A DNA stretch of 17,140 bases from Ginkgo biloba (GCA_024626585.2 JANKJI020000004.1:27932542-27949681); one strand, 5' to 3'. Positions 1-10,150 are shown, counted from the stretch's first letter. Made by a program: numbers and translations. The notes: a model not told the origin generated them from the sequence alone.

Positions 1-593
1 CACAAATAAAAGATAATGCACAAAAAAGATATAACAAACTTAATAGTACAAAGGAACCTCTTAACCTTAGATAGAAGTCAACAAACCCACACAGCGGTAA
101 GAGTGTATAAACAAGGGATAGAATCCAAAAAGTGTAATTCTAATTCCCATATGCTATCCTCTCAAGCTCCATTACAATTATGAAGCACACCTACCATACT
201 CATGGTCCATCATTTATTAAGCTACCAAATAGAAAGACCTCAACCACCTATTTTTGAGCAGAATGCTGGCCAAAACCTGCCAACATTTTGAGCAGAACCA
301 CCATCAGTTGGATAATCCAACATCTGGCATACGACTTTCTTTTTTGAGCACTTGTTCACATAGTTACACAAGTTTTGCAAAAACACCAAAGCTCCATTCG
401 TAAAAATTTGGTCTGCAACGTGTTTAACAAAAAGTCTAGAAACACAAATCAAAATGCAACTTTACATAGTACATAGTTCTTATACAATAATTTTAGACAT
501 ATCAACCCAATGCCACTGTTGCTACAAAAAAATCTGACTATCAGCAACAGGTCACCATAACCGATGAAGAACCACTGAGACTTGACAACAATC

Positions 594-1377
594 TGTTGCT
601 CTTACCAACAGGTCGCTGCCACTTGTCTATGGTTATTCTTCATAGGATATGGGGACAAAATTTTAACAGTTTTGACTAACTGGAATTGCACAAACAGAGA
701 TCATAATTGCACAATCATAAAGAAAGCGAACATAATTGAATAATTGTTGAAATATGCAATTGCTTGTACATAGAAAATAAGATGATTGTATTACTGATTC
801 ATGTTTCTGCCAATCGGATTACAAGATATAAAGATGTCAAACGGTTACAAACATAGGAGGACACCCTTTAAAAATCAAGGGGTGTACCTCATTTGCTAAC
901 TAATTCATTCCTTTTCTGTTTACTAATAATCGGTTTAATAGCCTGTACTTTAACAGTCGCTTAATCTTTGACAAACAAGTAGTTATCTTTGACGAACGAG
1001 CAAGAGCCTTAGACGAACGAGCAATAGCCTTAGATGAACGAGTAATGTCGTTTGATGGATGAGCAATGTCGTTTGATGAACGAGCAATGGCCGTTTGATG
1101 AACGAACAAAGCTGGTTAACAAATGAGCAATGCCTGTTGAAAGCTTTTTTGCCATGCTTCTGTGACTGCTCCAAAATGACTGTCAACAGGTTTAGATGGT
1201 TTTAATTGTTTCCCATGTTGTAGGGGTCTAGTGTGGTTGATTGATACTTGACGATCCTTTGTCCTTGATATCTTTATTATNNNNNNNNNNNNNNNNNNNN
1301 NNNNNNNNNNNNNNNNNNNNNNNNNNNNNNNNTTACTTGCCTTTCACCCTCTTTAGCTAGATTCCATCTTGTCTACT
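594..1377 (-). mobile_element. Probable 3' LTR of a Ty3/gypsy (Tat/Ogre-like) retrotransposon, minus strand
   Basis: On the minus strand a purine tract AAAAAGAGGGGG (1390-1379) is followed by TAGTAGACAAG (resembling a TGTAGAC LTR start). Then come a 21-bp tandem array, a TATA-like TTTTTAAAGGG (~874-864), a T-rich U5-like stretch and a candidate ...AGAGCAACA end at 594. Boundaries are inferred; a 52-N gap lies inside. Confidence 0.45.
970..1138. repeat. 21-bp minisatellite, ~8 diverged copies (consensus ~GAYGAACGAGCAATRKCSTTW)
   Basis: Units start at 970, 991, 1012, 1033, 1054, 1075 (22 bp), 1097 and 1118, e.g. gacgaacgagcaagagcctta / gacgaacgagcaatagcctta / gatgaacgagtaatgtcgttt. The array explains the heptad-repetitive spurious ORFs 900-1109 and 983-1186. 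Confidence 0.92.
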
Positions 1378-1378
1378 A

Positions 1379-1390
1379 CCCCCTCTTTTT
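1379..1390 (-). promoter_or_regulatory. Putative polypurine tract (PPT)
   Basis: Plus-strand ccccctcttttt equals minus-strand AAAAAGAGGGGG, immediately before an LTR-start-like motif. Confidence 0.45.
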
Positions 1391-3415
1391 CTTGACACCC
1401 CATATTGCTGTTGACTTTGACCAATCATATAATGACGAGTGTACTACATGCTAACTTAACTAATCCTAGAGATTCAACTTTGTCGTCTATTGCACTGAAA
1501 TTTGCAAGCATCAATTAGCACCCTTGCAAGCCTATTGGAATTTATTCTCTAGTGGTANNNNNNNNNNNNNNNNNNNNNNNNNNNNNNNNNNNNNNNNNNN
1601 NNNNNNNNNNNNNNNNNNNNNNNNNNNNNNNNNNNNNNNNNNNNNNNNNNNNNNNNNNNNNNNNNNNNNNNNNNNNNNNNNNNNNNNNNNNNNNNNNNNN
1701 NNNNNNNNNNNNNNNNNNNNNNNNNNNNNNNNNNNNNNNNNNNNNNNNNNNNNNNNNNNNNNNNNNNNNNNNNNNNNNNNNNNNNNNNNNNNNNNNNNNN
1801 NNNNNNNNNNNNNNNNNNNNNNNNNNNNNNNNNNNNNNNNNNNNNNNNNNNNNNNNNNNNNNNNNNNNNNNNNNNNNNNNNNNNNNNNNNNNNNNNNNNN
1901 NNNNNNNNNNNNNNNNNNNNNNNNNNNNNNNNNNNNNNNNNNNNNNNNNNNNNNNNNNNNNNNNNNNNNNNNNNNNNNNNNNNNNNNNNNNNNNNNNNNN
2001 NNNNNNNNNNNNNNNNNNNNNNNNNNNNNNNNNNNNNNNNNNNNNNNNNNNNNNNNNNNNNNNNNNNNNNNNNNNNNNNNNNNNNNNNNNNNNNNNNNNN
2101 NNNNNNNNNNNNNNNNNNNNNNNNNNNNNNNNNNNNNNNNNNNNNNNNNNNNNNNNNNNNNNNNNNNNNNNNNNNNNNNNNNNNNNNNNNNNNNNNNNNN
2201 NNNNNNNNNNNNNNNNNNNNNNNNNNNNNNNNNNNNNNNNNNNNNNNNNNNNNNNNNNNNNNNNNNNNNNNNNNNNNNNNNNNNNNNNNNNNNNNNNNNN
2301 NNNNNNNNNNNNNNNNNNNNNNNNNNNNNNNNNNNNNNNNNNNNNNNNNNNNNNNNNNNNNNNNNNNNNNNNNNNNNNNNNNNNNNNNNNNNNNNNNNNN
2401 NNNNNNNNNNNNNNNNNNNNNNNNNNNNNNNNNNNNNNNNNNNNNTTTTCTAGAAGCATCATCAATGAAGGTAACAAAATAGAGGTAACTAATGATGGAG
2501 GGTGTATATATAGAACCATATACATTATAATGTATCTTTCAGTAGGTCAATACATATTCTCCTTCCATGGCCACCAATATGGAAGTGATTGAAGTGCATA
2601 TAAAGCACACTTCACTTAGAGAACCTTGGATTACGGCTAATTATTCTATTAACAAAGGCACCATGTGTTATAGGTGTCATTCTTGGTTACTAGTAAACTT
2701 GGAACTTGCATCAAGTCTTTATTGAGCAAAATGGTTTGTGCAACAAAGCATCTATCTATTATGTGATCCACTTACGGTATGGCTTTTAAATATTGGGCTT
2801 GTGAAACATGGTCTTCTTGTAAGGCTATAAGGGACTTGTTTGTTAAATGATCCCCCGACATCCATCTAGGAACATCTAAGCTAGGATGGCATCCCACATA
2901 ATTAATAAGTATAACTCGCTCCCTTCCATACAAGCATCTTCCCTTGTAGCTCCACAGAGTCCATCCTTATTGTTTTGTGGATCAACTGTCCTTCTCGATA
3001 GATGATTTTATAGGATCGAACCTCTCCACATCACAACCATACAAGATTTAATGATGTTATGCAAACCTCATGACTTCATTTCCTTTCCTTTGTCTTCTCA
3101 TGCATGAACCCTCATAATGCATAGGGGATCCAACCCTCATGCAATGCATGCAAACAATGACTCACTATCACCAATCTATGAGATAGATAGCTACTTCAAT
3201 AAATCAATGGTTGATTTGTGTATTTATGAAGTGAATTGGACCTAGGAATGATGTAAGCAAAGCTAATTGTTTTGTCACTTACATCACATAAGTTATTTGG
3301 TAACCAAAGCATGAATTGACCTTCAGAATCCAATATGTCTTCAACTTTTTCCCTAGTAGGACGAATTTATCTAAAATAGGGAGAACTTTAGAAAGCTTCA
3401 TTTTTTTAAAAAAGT

Positions 3416-4243
3416 TGTTGGTCCTTGAATGGCCCCTAGAGGTAGGTCAAAGGTGAAACCTTGCATTTTAGGGTAGGGTGAAGTGTTAAAAGGTAAGGCA
3501 ATTTGTAGAAGAGACCTCCATATGTCACATGATAAAGATTGTTCTAAAAAAGAGTTAAGAGTGTTAGTAAGGGTCATGTGCCATGTGTTCATTAGGTATC
3601 ATCCTAAAGATTTTGACAAAATCTAGCGATTCTAGAAGATTTCGTGAAAATTTAGTAGATTCCAACAAGTCAAAAGGAGATTTCAACGTATGTTTGGGGG
3701 AATCTAATTGACTATCTAATGAATTAATGTACAACAATCCATACCGTAGCCATACAAGTTGATGTCAACATGATGTGTGCAAGCCATACAACAACATTAA
3801 ATAAGATTGTACGGTAGGGGATGATGTGTATAAGATGGATGATATGTACAACAGAGCTATCATGATCCATGATGATATTGTAGCCTAATGAAGCCCCATT
3901 ATTCAAGGGAAGTCATTAATGAGTAGTAATAAGGAGGTGCCTTGGGACGTGTGCCATTTAAATTTAAAAGATGTCCTTTGAGTTTGTAACATGATATTAG
4001 ATTATAAATAAGAGAGAGAAAATGAGTGAGAGGATGTAAGAGTTGAGTTTAATGCATAGGGCTTAGGTGTGAGAGGCCTTTGTACTATGTGTCATCATTA
4101 ATGAGAACATATTCATGAGATTATACCCACATTGTGTTTGTGTGTTGCATCAATGCGTAATGAATGACTTGCATGCAAATATCTGTGTAACCGTAGTTAC
4201 TAAACCATGTGTCTAACCTAGTGGGGTCTAAATCTAGTAAACA
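3416..4243 (+). mobile_element. 5' LTR of a Ty3/gypsy (Athila/Tat-like) element
   Basis: Ends ...CTAGTAAACA (4243), two bases before a PBS-like motif. Contains TATAAATA (4003-4010) followed by a GA-rich R-like stretch. A Gag remnant lies downstream. The TG start at 3416 is tentative. Confidence 0.6.
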
Positions 4244-4245
4244 TT

Positions 4246-4258
4246 TGGTTTTGTTGCC
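4246..4258 (+). promoter_or_regulatory. Degenerate primer-binding site, tRNA-Asp type
   Basis: TGGTTTTGTTGCC vs the Athila-type PBS TGGCGCCGTTGCC (9/13; three of four differences are C->T), positioned 2 nt after the CA LTR end. Confidence 0.55.
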
Positions 4259-5021
4259 ATTAAAATGATCCAACAAACAACAAAATGGGCTTGCATCTGA
4301 AGGCAAGCCAAATCTTCTGATTGGCTAGGTTTAAGGCAACAATGGAGCATATGTACCAAAGAGCTTGGCTATGGAAAACATCATGGGTCGTAACTAAACC
4401 CACTTGTAGCCATGGGGCCTCTTGAATCCATTGAGAAATAAGTCAGTAGTGTTGAAGGAGCCTAGAGGAGAGCATCACACCTATTTACGAAGGAGTAAGA
4501 AGTATTAAAAAAATGAAAACCCTATACCAAGGTTAGCCAACAAAAATGGACTCGTGAATTAGCAAGATGAAGATTATTGAAGCCTTACGAAAAACAAAGG
4601 AAACCCCTATGGGAGTGATCAATTGTACTAATGCTAACATTGCACCAACAAGGATGAAACCTTGAACCCAAATCCAGTCGAGGATAACATAATAAAAAAT
4701 GAGGAAGTCCTATTTGTAATATTTGAGATAGCAACAATAGACAAAATTTGGCTAAGTCTAGACCTTGTCGGCAAGGAATGTGGAGAACATTGGTTTTTGA
4801 GATCAATACGAGCACTATGAAGGTACTATATGTAGCCTTGAAACGATCGGCATATTTGAGTGTGGTTATAGAAGAAATGATTGAAATTCTTGACTCCAAA
4901 GAGTCACCAACTGCAATGCAAGAGTCACAAATGATGTATACAATGAGAAAGAATCCCCTATATCGCGGGATGGTGTGTAGTAGGTCCTATATAATACAAC
5001 CCTTCCTCCTAGCCTACTAGG

Positions 5022-5160
5022 GAACAACAACAACTATAATTGTAATAACAACAAGAATAATTACAGTAGAATAATGAAAACAATCGCAATAGTTGTAACA
5101 ATGTTAATAATGATAATGATGGAAATAACAATAACTATGGCAATAATCAAGGGTATGGAC
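5022..5160 (+). repeat. AAC/AAT-rich low-complexity tract (Asn-rich segment upstream of Gag core)
   Basis: Reads ...NVNNDNDGNNNNYGNNQGYGQ in the frame that continues into YNGHDDP. Confidence 0.6.
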
Positions 5161-5209
5161 AAGATGGGGAAGTTGGGTCCCCAACAATTGTTGCCCATTT
5201 GGACAAGTC

Positions 5210-5488
5210 ATTGTACCACTTAATTTACAATGGGCATGATGACCCTACGACCACCCAACCTTATTCCTCAATAACAACGCCCTTTGTGACCTTACAATTG
5301 AAGAAGAAATTAAAAGGCCTTTTTTTTGAACACTTGGTGGCTTTGCTCTTTCCTAGTATCACTACTTTCATAATAGATCATGGGTAGAAATGTAGGAGAT
5401 GTTTTTGGAATGTATTAAGGGGTTATAAGATCTTACCTCCATCATCAAGGCATTAGGAGAGATCCAACAATGGTATGACAAGACTATT
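5210..5488 (+). pseudogene. gag: Degenerate retrotransposon Gag (Retrotrans_gag/PF03732-like)
   Basis: IYNGHDDP (cf. the P-x-Y-x-G-x-x-DP motif). After a frameshift, from 5300: EEEIKRPFF*TLGGFALS*YHYFHNRSWVEM*EMFLECIKGL*DLTSIIKALGEIQQWYDKTI, matching the Gag pattern F..TL.G.A..WY...SW..M...FL...L..I.Q. Four in-frame stops. Confidence 0.8.
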
Positions 5489-5913
5489 NNNNNNNNNNNN
5501 NNNNCTGTGCTCTTAGATTGTGATTGGTTACATGACAAAAAAACTTTGTAGTATGGTGGCATTATAACTCCATCTCATGCCAAAATGGTTGTGCAATTGA
5601 GCTACCAATGTTATGTGATGGCCCTGCAATTATGAATGTCAGGGATGAAGTGTTGAGCACAAACATCTCCATAGAACGCACGACTAAATTTTTATTCTGA
5701 ATCCAACTATCATCGGGTCACTAAGCCTAATAATATCACCAAAGACAACCCCAATGAGCCAAATATTCATGGTGAAATCAAGATTGATAGTTTTGATGGA
5801 GGAAATTCAACCACCTTTATGACAAGTTGGTGACAAGAAGCATACAAGTTTAACCAATAACAATGGTAGAACATCTCAAAAGTCTATGTAATGAACTCAA
5901 TTAGAAGGTTCCA

Positions 5914-6152
5914 TGTTATGCTAGGATTAGTATTAATTATTAATTTATTAGTACTAAATGAACATACATTATGAAAAGGTGCCTAATCAAGGCAACCCTT
6001 GGTTAGTAGGCTTATATAAGTCAATGTCTCATTATTATAACTCATCATTCAACGTATTGATTCATATTTAATTCAATAAATTATCTGATTCTCACCAGAT
6101 AATTTTCATCATTCAAGCACATTTCTTAGATTCACCCACTAAGGTTGCTCCA
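5914..6152 (+). mobile_element. Short (~240 bp) 5' LTR, tRNA-Met-primed (Ty1/copia-like), inserted downstream of the Gag remnant
   Basis: TGTTATG...TTGCTCCA termini, TATATAA box at ~6013, AATAAA at ~6075, followed 2 nt later by a perfect PBS. Confidence 0.75.
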
Positions 6153-6154
6153 AG

Positions 6155-6166
6155 TGGTATCAGAGC
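6155..6166 (+). promoter_or_regulatory. Primer-binding site, tRNA-iMet
   Basis: Exact canonical plant PBS TGGTATCAGAGC in the context CA-AG-TGGTATCAGAGC. Confidence 0.93.
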
Positions 6167-6183
6167 AGTTCAATCGTTTGCCA

Positions 6184-6253
6184 ATATATATACACACACA
6201 TACACGCACACACACGCACGCACGCACGCACGCGCGCACACACACACATATAC
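6184..6253. repeat. Compound microsatellite (TA)n(CA)n(CACG)n(CG)n(CA)n(TA)n
   Basis: 70 bp of uninterrupted purine/pyrimidine alternation, read directly from the sequence. Confidence 0.95.
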
Positions 6254-6907
6254 TTTAAAAAAAAACAAAAATCTTCAACCCAAATTTCTATATGTCTACT
6301 ATCATTCGCAATAGACAATTCTCCATCACCACCTCATCTTCCATTCTCTATTAGCATCATTTTCAATTCACTCCATCACCTTCTGTTTGTTTTTTGTTGT
6401 CTTATCTCATTTGGTTCTGTCTTTCCATCCTATCATTTTAATTCTCGTCTTCTGTTATTTTGTTGCTTTCTCCATTTCTTCTTGTCCACCCTTTATCCTT
6501 TGCACATTTTCCATGTTGCTTTGTTTTGTTGCCTTCAGTGCCTCTTTCTCCATCTCTAGCCCTGCATCGCCATTGCTATCCTGTTCATATTGTAATTCAT
6601 TGGCAATTATTGGTCTCATCATCCCACCTTTTCGTAAGGATCTACAATCTTCATGCCTTTTCTATCCAAGCAATGTGTGAGGACCTGCTCTATTGTCTTT
6701 GTTGTTGGCTAGAATCTCCGTTTGTCAAGAATCTACTATTTGGCCTACCCATTGCAAAAGAATCTAGGGTGACTTCCTCAAGTAGAGAAATAGAAGAAGA
6801 AAGAAGGCTAACAAATTCAATAATGCCTGAGAAAGTGGTCAGGATTCGTCTTAGTGNNNNNNNNNNNNNNNNNNNNNNNNNNNNNNNNNNNNNNNNNNNN
6901 NNNNNNN

Positions 6908-7105
6908 GTCAAATCACTTGACAAGAACTCGGGGAGAAGTAATACGAACATAGTCGCTATTAAAAACTCGATGTAATTTTGTTTTCTAAAGTTCTAAGGG
7001 AAAAAATTTAATTAGAATTCTCTATATCAAAAGAATATTCTTATATAAATAAAATAGTCCTTATAAAGTTACAATTTCTTATAGAATAAGAATGGAACTG
7101 TGACA
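6908..7105. mobile_element. LTR terminal fragment
   Basis: Ends ...GGAACTGTGACA (reverse complement TGTCACAGTTCC), a typical gypsy LTR terminus, preceded by very AT-rich non-coding sequence. Confidence 0.45.
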
Positions 7106-7160
7106 TAATAAGCATATAGGCACAAGTGANNNNNNNNNNNNNNNNNNNNNNNNNNNNNNN

Positions 7161-7813
7161 GATCCTAGAGAAAGGACTCATCCTTTGGCAAAACATGTAA
7201 ATGACGAGGTAGACATGGTATGCATAAATGTAAGGAAAAATTTCATATCAATTAAAGGCATACCCTTAGTCATGTATGTAGCTAAAGCATATGAGTAAAT
7301 ACAAGAGTTTTGGTATGAATACTACAATTGATCATATTGTTTTTGTGAAAATATAAGCTTCGAATTGTACCTTTATGCCAAAAAACAATCATCNNNNNNN
7401 NNNNNNNNNNNNNNNNNNATCTCTATACAATCAAGTAGACAATTTTCAATACTCAATATTAAGTAATTTAGATGATTACCAAGTTAAGTTGTTGGTAGCA
7501 CGTGAGATATATCGAGCATTTATACCTCAACGAAAGGCTACTTGTTCATTTACAAATTTTATCAAGGAATTTAAGGTAGAACCAACAAAGCAAGAAACAC
7601 TATTGGAAGAAAATACAAATGCATGTCCAAAAGTAGTAATGATTGGTTAATATGAGAGGTATCTCTTGAAGAAGTCAAACCAGAGGATTCATTAGAACTA
7701 GCAGACCGTCTGAGAAAACATATCGTTGAATATGATAAGTGTGAAGTCGAGCAAGAAGCAAGTGATATCAAAGAGGAGAAATATGTTGACATGGGTGAAT
7801 ATAAGAGTGTCAT
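7161..7813 (+). pseudogene. Decayed coding fragment of unknown protein
   Basis: Three protein-like segments: DPRERTHPLAKHVNDEVDMVCINVRKNFISIKGIPLVMYVAKAYE*IQEFWYEYYN*SYCFCENISFELYLYAKKQ / gap / SLYNQVDNFQYSILSNLDDYQVKLLVAREIYRAFIPQRKATCSFTNFIKEFKVEPTKQETLLEEN / MSKSSNDWLI*EVSLEEVKPEDSLELADRLRKHIVEYDKCEVEQEASDIKEEKYVDMGEYKSV. Few stops for such AT-rich DNA. Confidence 0.5.
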
Positions 7814-7920
7814 NNNNNNNNNNNNNNNNNNNNNNNNNNNNNNNNNNNNNNNNNNNNNNNNNNNNNNNNNNNNNNNNNNNNNNNNNNNNNNNNNNNNNNN
7901 NNNNNNNNNNNNNGCCCTTT

Positions 7921-8513
7921 TGTAGAAACCCAAATTTCGTCCCTAAAATTTGCACTATCTTCCAAGAGTGATTGTTGGGTTATATGGTGGCTAAATTTGA
8001 TGTTGTTTATATGAATTTGGGATAGGAGAATCTGATCTTTTTGAATATGCAAAACTTTTGCAGAGATTTGCGAGTTTGTGCTACAAATTCCTCAATTACA
8101 ATCACTGCCTCAAAATAGCTTCAAAACCCTAACTGAACTTATATTTAGTTTTCTAGAGGCTCTTGGAACCCAAATTGACTCAAACATTTTTTGAAACTGT
8201 GTAGATTGATGTGTACTGTCTGACTATGTAATTGGTTTTCATAAATTCTGCCAAATTCTTTGTTGAAACTTTAGATTTTTGTGAAACGTTTGCGAAACAA
8301 ATCCAAAATTGCTCAATTTTAGGCTAACTTCAAACACACTTTTTAGGAGCTTTCAAACTCGAAATCGAATGTTTTTTCTTAAAAACATTGCATAGCTTGC
8401 TAATCTTTTTGAATATGCAAAACTTTTCTTGAAATTTTGTCATATTCTATGTTGAATTTGTTAGACCTCCGTTGCACTTCCTTAGGAACTAGGAACTTAG
8501 CTCTATTACCACT
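7921..8513 (+). mobile_element. 5' part of an Ogre/Tat-like LTR
   Basis: Starts TGTAGAAACCCAAATTTCGTCCC, close to the TGTAGACACCCAAATTTTGTCCC start typical of Ogre/Tat LTRs. Contains internal repeats and is cut at 8514 by another LTR terminus. Confidence 0.6.
8035..8427 (+). repeat. Exact 25-bp direct repeat (8035-8059 and 8403-8427)
   Basis: ATCTTTTTGAATATGCAAAACTTTT occurs twice, 368 bp apart. Confidence 0.9.
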
Positions 8514-9058
8514 TGTAGCGACCCAAATGGATTCTCCTACCAAAAATTCACACAAAATGATGTAAAACCACAAGATACCTGAACATACATGAGATTCATG
8601 CACCATACAATAAAAATCCACACCAAAAAGCCAAATACATTGCAATGTAAAGATCACAATATCACAATGGAGCTCACTTGAGCCTAAGAAGTCACTAGTG
8701 GACTTAAGTGAGTCCAAAGAGCCATAAATAAGTAAAATTCTCTAAAAATATTAAAATCAACTACCTATTATATATAATTATTATAATTCTCTTAAAAACA
8801 AATATTAAGAGAATTATATATTATAAATAATCGTGAAGTACCCTTAGATACTCAAAATGGGATTCCTATCCTTAAACATAACTAACCCACTACCTTACAC
8901 CTAATGTACACTTACCCTTTATAAACAAGGACCTACCACTTGTCTCTTACATAATTAACATAATCAACCATAATCATATATTTTTTAGGAGCACATAAAA
9001 TGGCATCCCCTTTTATCACACTTTACCCTCAAATCATGGGTCTCTATTATTTGCATGA
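8514..9058. mobile_element. LTR fragment with Tekay/Del-like terminus
   Basis: Begins TGTAGCGACCC (cf. TGTAACGACCC chromovirus LTR termini); non-coding, runs into a 100-N gap. Confidence 0.55.
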
Positions 9059-9158
9059 NNNNNNNNNNNNNNNNNNNNNNNNNNNNNNNNNNNNNNNNNN
9101 NNNNNNNNNNNNNNNNNNNNNNNNNNNNNNNNNNNNNNNNNNNNNNNNNNNNNNNNNN

Positions 9159-9449
9159 CCCATAGGTGATCCCCATGGCCAACAGAGGGTGTTTGATACT
9201 TAGATAGGAAGACATCCTTACTAACAATTTGTATCCTACTAACTTGCTTAATAGACCAAAAACTAATATAAATAAATATTTTTGCTAGTTCATTATGTAT
9301 TGTGACTACATGCGGAATGCATGCGCATTAAGTATAGTAGCTTAGCTTTTTGACTGCATGACTAAAATTGCCTCACTTGACTTATTATTTATTCATATTT
9401 ATATTTGTTCTTGAGGCTTATTTATGTAGTAGGAGAGCATGCTGTTATA
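9159..9449 (+). mobile_element. 3' portion of the 5' LTR of a Ty3/gypsy element
   Basis: Ends GCTGTTATA (TGTTACA with C->T) directly before a PBS and a Gag frame. Shares CATGGYCAACA and TATAAATAAAT motifs with the LTR ending at 14207. Confidence 0.7.
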
Positions 9450-9450
9450 G

Positions 9451-9462
9451 TGGTATCGAAGC
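9451..9462 (+). promoter_or_regulatory. Degenerate tRNA-iMet primer-binding site
   Basis: TGGTATCGAAGC vs TGGTATCAGAGC (10/12, two transitions), between the LTR end and gag. Confidence 0.8.
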
Positions 9463-10150
9463 TTGGAGAAGGAGGGAAATCTTAATGAATTGCAACTTGA
9501 AGTTCAATCTATGAGATTTGAACTTAAGGAGTTGAAGCAAGGCAAAGAGTATCCCTTTAAGATCTATTCTCGAAGGAGAAAGCGGGAACCTTTAGAAACT
9601 ACAGAGAAAAAAACCCTTGCTCAAGAACTAGATCCTGAATGGGAAGAGGAGGCTTTTCCATGGGATCAATCGGACGAAGAGCTACAAGAGTAGGAACAAG
9701 GGAGGAATTCGATGGTGAGAGAGATCCAAAGCATAAAATAAGTAGGCAAGCATGGAAACGTCTCCAATCCATGATGTAGATGAAAAATGTTCAAATTCCT
9801 AAGTATGATTATGGGAGTGTTGGAGCCTCTTTTAGAGGTTGGGGGAGATTAGTGGAGGCTTATTTCAAGTCTTTTGAAATAATGAAGGAGCATAAGCTAC
9901 CAATGGTGATATTTGCACTAAAAAGACCTACCAAGGAGTGGTGGAATGGCATTTTCACGTAGACAGATGGTGGAAGGGGGCCAAAGATCACCACTTGGGA
10001 AGAAATGAAGGAGGTCATGCTAAAGAAATATTCTCTGCAAAACAACTTGTAGGAGGCATATAACTAGTTGATGAACTTGAGGCAGACAAGTACGATCCAA
10101 GAGTATAGTAATAAGTTTGATTTTTTGATTGTTAGATTGACACTCTTGGC
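9463..10150 (+). pseudogene. gag: Ty3/gypsy (chromovirus-like) Gag pseudogene
   Basis: From 9780: MKNVQIPKYDYGSVGASFRGWGRLVEAYFKSFEIMKEHKLPMVIFALKRPTKEWWNGIFT*TDGGRGPKITTWEEMKEVMLKKYSLQNNL*EAYN*LMNLRQTSTIQEYSNKFDFL. This has the Retrotrans_gag hallmarks (IPKY, W..VE.YF, WW, TWEEMK, L.NLRQ..TI.EY..F). An N-terminal charged segment 9463-9693 is joined by a frameshift. Confidence 0.92.

Noticed and set aside
250-350. Three TTTTGAGCA(GAA) motifs
   Set aside because: Short and irregularly spaced; likely decayed LTR sub-repeats.
651-690. GGGGACAAAATTTTAACA-GTTTTGACT as plus-strand LTR end + Arg-type PBS
   Set aside because: PBS match too poor; the surrounding strand asymmetry fits a minus-strand LTR better.
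970-1138. CRISPR-like array or heptad-repeat protein
   Set aside because: Contiguous tandem units without spacers, no cas genes, eukaryotic TE context; a 22-bp unit breaks the frame.
1524-2592. Long ORFs of 309-346 aa
   Set aside because: Artefacts of the N-run at 1558-2446.
2447-3360. Possible minus-strand coding remnant
   Set aside because: Translations of the part examined (~2640-3000) show frequent stops and no recognisable motif.
6387-6921. Hydrophobic membrane-protein-like ORFs (env-like?)
   Set aside because: TTG starts; the composition is explained by a pyrimidine-rich antisense strand of a purine-rich region; no supporting motif.
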